Shown one piece after another: positions 59,598 to 64,000 of a DNA stretch of 64,000 nt. Each line of letters starts with the position of its first letter. Positions within the stretch are counted from its first letter, which is position 1. The DNA is from an uncultured Acidobacteriota bacterium (GTDB lineage: Bacteria; Acidobacteriota; Vicinamibacteria; Marinacidobacterales; SMYC01). The position numbers and the translations under genes were made by a program. The DNA lies in assembly GCA_963820855.1 (NCBI GenBank), contig CAWGBY010000009.1, positions 764,756-828,755 of the forward strand. The letters run 5' to 3'. Below the pieces are notes generated by a model. That model was not told where the DNA came from. It saw nothing but the letters and a program-made list of their open reading frames with translations, and ran no database searches.

Positions 59598-59704
59598 CGG
59601 GAACTGGCGACCTCCTGCTCGCGGTGGTAGACTAAGCGTTTTCTGGCAAGACCTCTCGACACAAAGTTGCGTCGGAACACCCCGCGAACAGGAGTCCCCT
59701 GACA

Positions 59705-63309
<3,605 letters not shown>

Positions 63310-63313
<4 letters not shown>

Positions 63314-64000
63314 GCGTCCTCGTTGGAAACGATACCCGCCTCCTCGTCCAGGGAATCACCGGCAACGAAGGGCAGTTCCACGCGCGAGGCGCGATCGACT
63401 ACGGGACCAAGGTCGTCGCCGGCGTCACCCCCGGCAAAGCGGGGGAGACCGTCGAAGGCGTTCCGGTCTTCAATACCGTGCGCGACGCGGTGGCCAGGAC
63501 CGGCGCCAACGCCACGGTGATCTTCGTGCCGCCGCCCTTCGCCGCCGATGCGATCCTCGAAGCCGTCGATGCGCGGAATCCCTCTCGTGGTCTGTATCAC
63601 GGAGGGAATCCCCGCTCTCGACATGGTGGACGTGATGCGCGTCGTTTCCCGGAGCGGAAGCCGCCTCATCGGGCCGAACTGCCCCGGCGTCATCTCGCCG
63701 GGGAAGGCGAAGATCGGCATCATGCCGGGACACATCCACAAGGAGGGCCGGGTCGGGCGTGGTCTCGCGGAGCGGGACCTTGACCTACGAGGCGGTCCAT
63801 CAGTTGACCCAGAGGGGAATCGGACAATCGACCTGTATCGGCATCGGAGGCGATCCGGTCATCGGCACGAACTTCGTCGACGCGCTCGCTCTCTTCCAGA
63901 GACGATCCGGGAACGGATGCAGTCGATCCTCATCGGAGAGATTGGCGGAAACGCCGAGGAGACGGCGGCCGCGTTCATCAAGGAAAAGATGACGAAGCCG
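63310..64000 (+). CDS. sucD: succinate--CoA ligase alpha subunit, 5' part (runs off the right edge; frame breaks)
   Basis: [74 protein letters not shown] and CIGIGGDP are canonical SucD motifs. Confidence 0.95.

Overview
64-kb high-GC bacterial chromosome segment. The gene content suggests Acidobacteriota (inference only): a PadR regulator translationally coupled to a duplicated MacB/FtsX-type orphan permease, a wHTH-TM-TolB-propeller regulator, and many TPR proteins and secreted hydrolases. Positions 1-29 kb carry secreted or periplasmic enzymes, a zinc-ribbon protein plus S2P/M50 protease pair, an S9 peptidase, an aldo-keto reductase, the PadR-permease pair, an orphan non-kinase GHKL ATPase, PhzF, an APC permease, a beta-lactamase-fold hydrolase, a three-gene heavy-metal RND efflux operon preceded by a small Cys-rich ORF, an S51 peptidase and a hybrid sensor kinase. 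Positions 29-46 kb are an accessory-looking patchwork. They hold a zinc-finger XRE regulator, an MBL hydrolase, a rhodanese, a GNAT, an FHA-GAF-PP2C phosphatase with a STAS protein, an rve-type transposase relic, the wHTH-TolB regulator, a decayed integrase 3' end, an SQR-like flavoprotein, a gene-free 600-bp block of structured tandem repeats, a PQQ-type dehydrogenase, an IS256-type transposase fragment butted against a DNA-ligase fragment, and an intact-looking tyrosine integrase 10 nt from an initiator tRNA-Met. Positions 46-64 kb are core genes: GGDEF-PilZ, TPR protein, recG-rsmD-coaD-aminotransferase, serine hydrolase, CPBP protease, FadL-like porin, and icd-mdh-sucC-sucD (sucD runs off the right edge). 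I found no rRNA and no CRISPR array. Many genes, including essential ones, need 1-3 frame switches to reconstruct, while a 16-kb block has none. I read this as sequence-quality heterogeneity, so frameshift-based pseudogene calls here are unreliable. The most unusual items are: (i) a roughly 96-nt structured repeat (GTGTGTG arm, purine-rich core, CACACAC arm, plus a CCCC-TAAGAA-GGGG hairpin) present twice in tandem at 41.5-41.7 kb, with a third diverged copy upstream of the STAS gene; (ii) a near-identical duplicate of the integrase 3' tail 6.9 kb to its left, suggesting serial integrations at tRNA-fMet; (iii) the singleton GHKL ATPase. I cannot show that any of these is a new system. All family assignments come from motif recognition by eye, not from searches.
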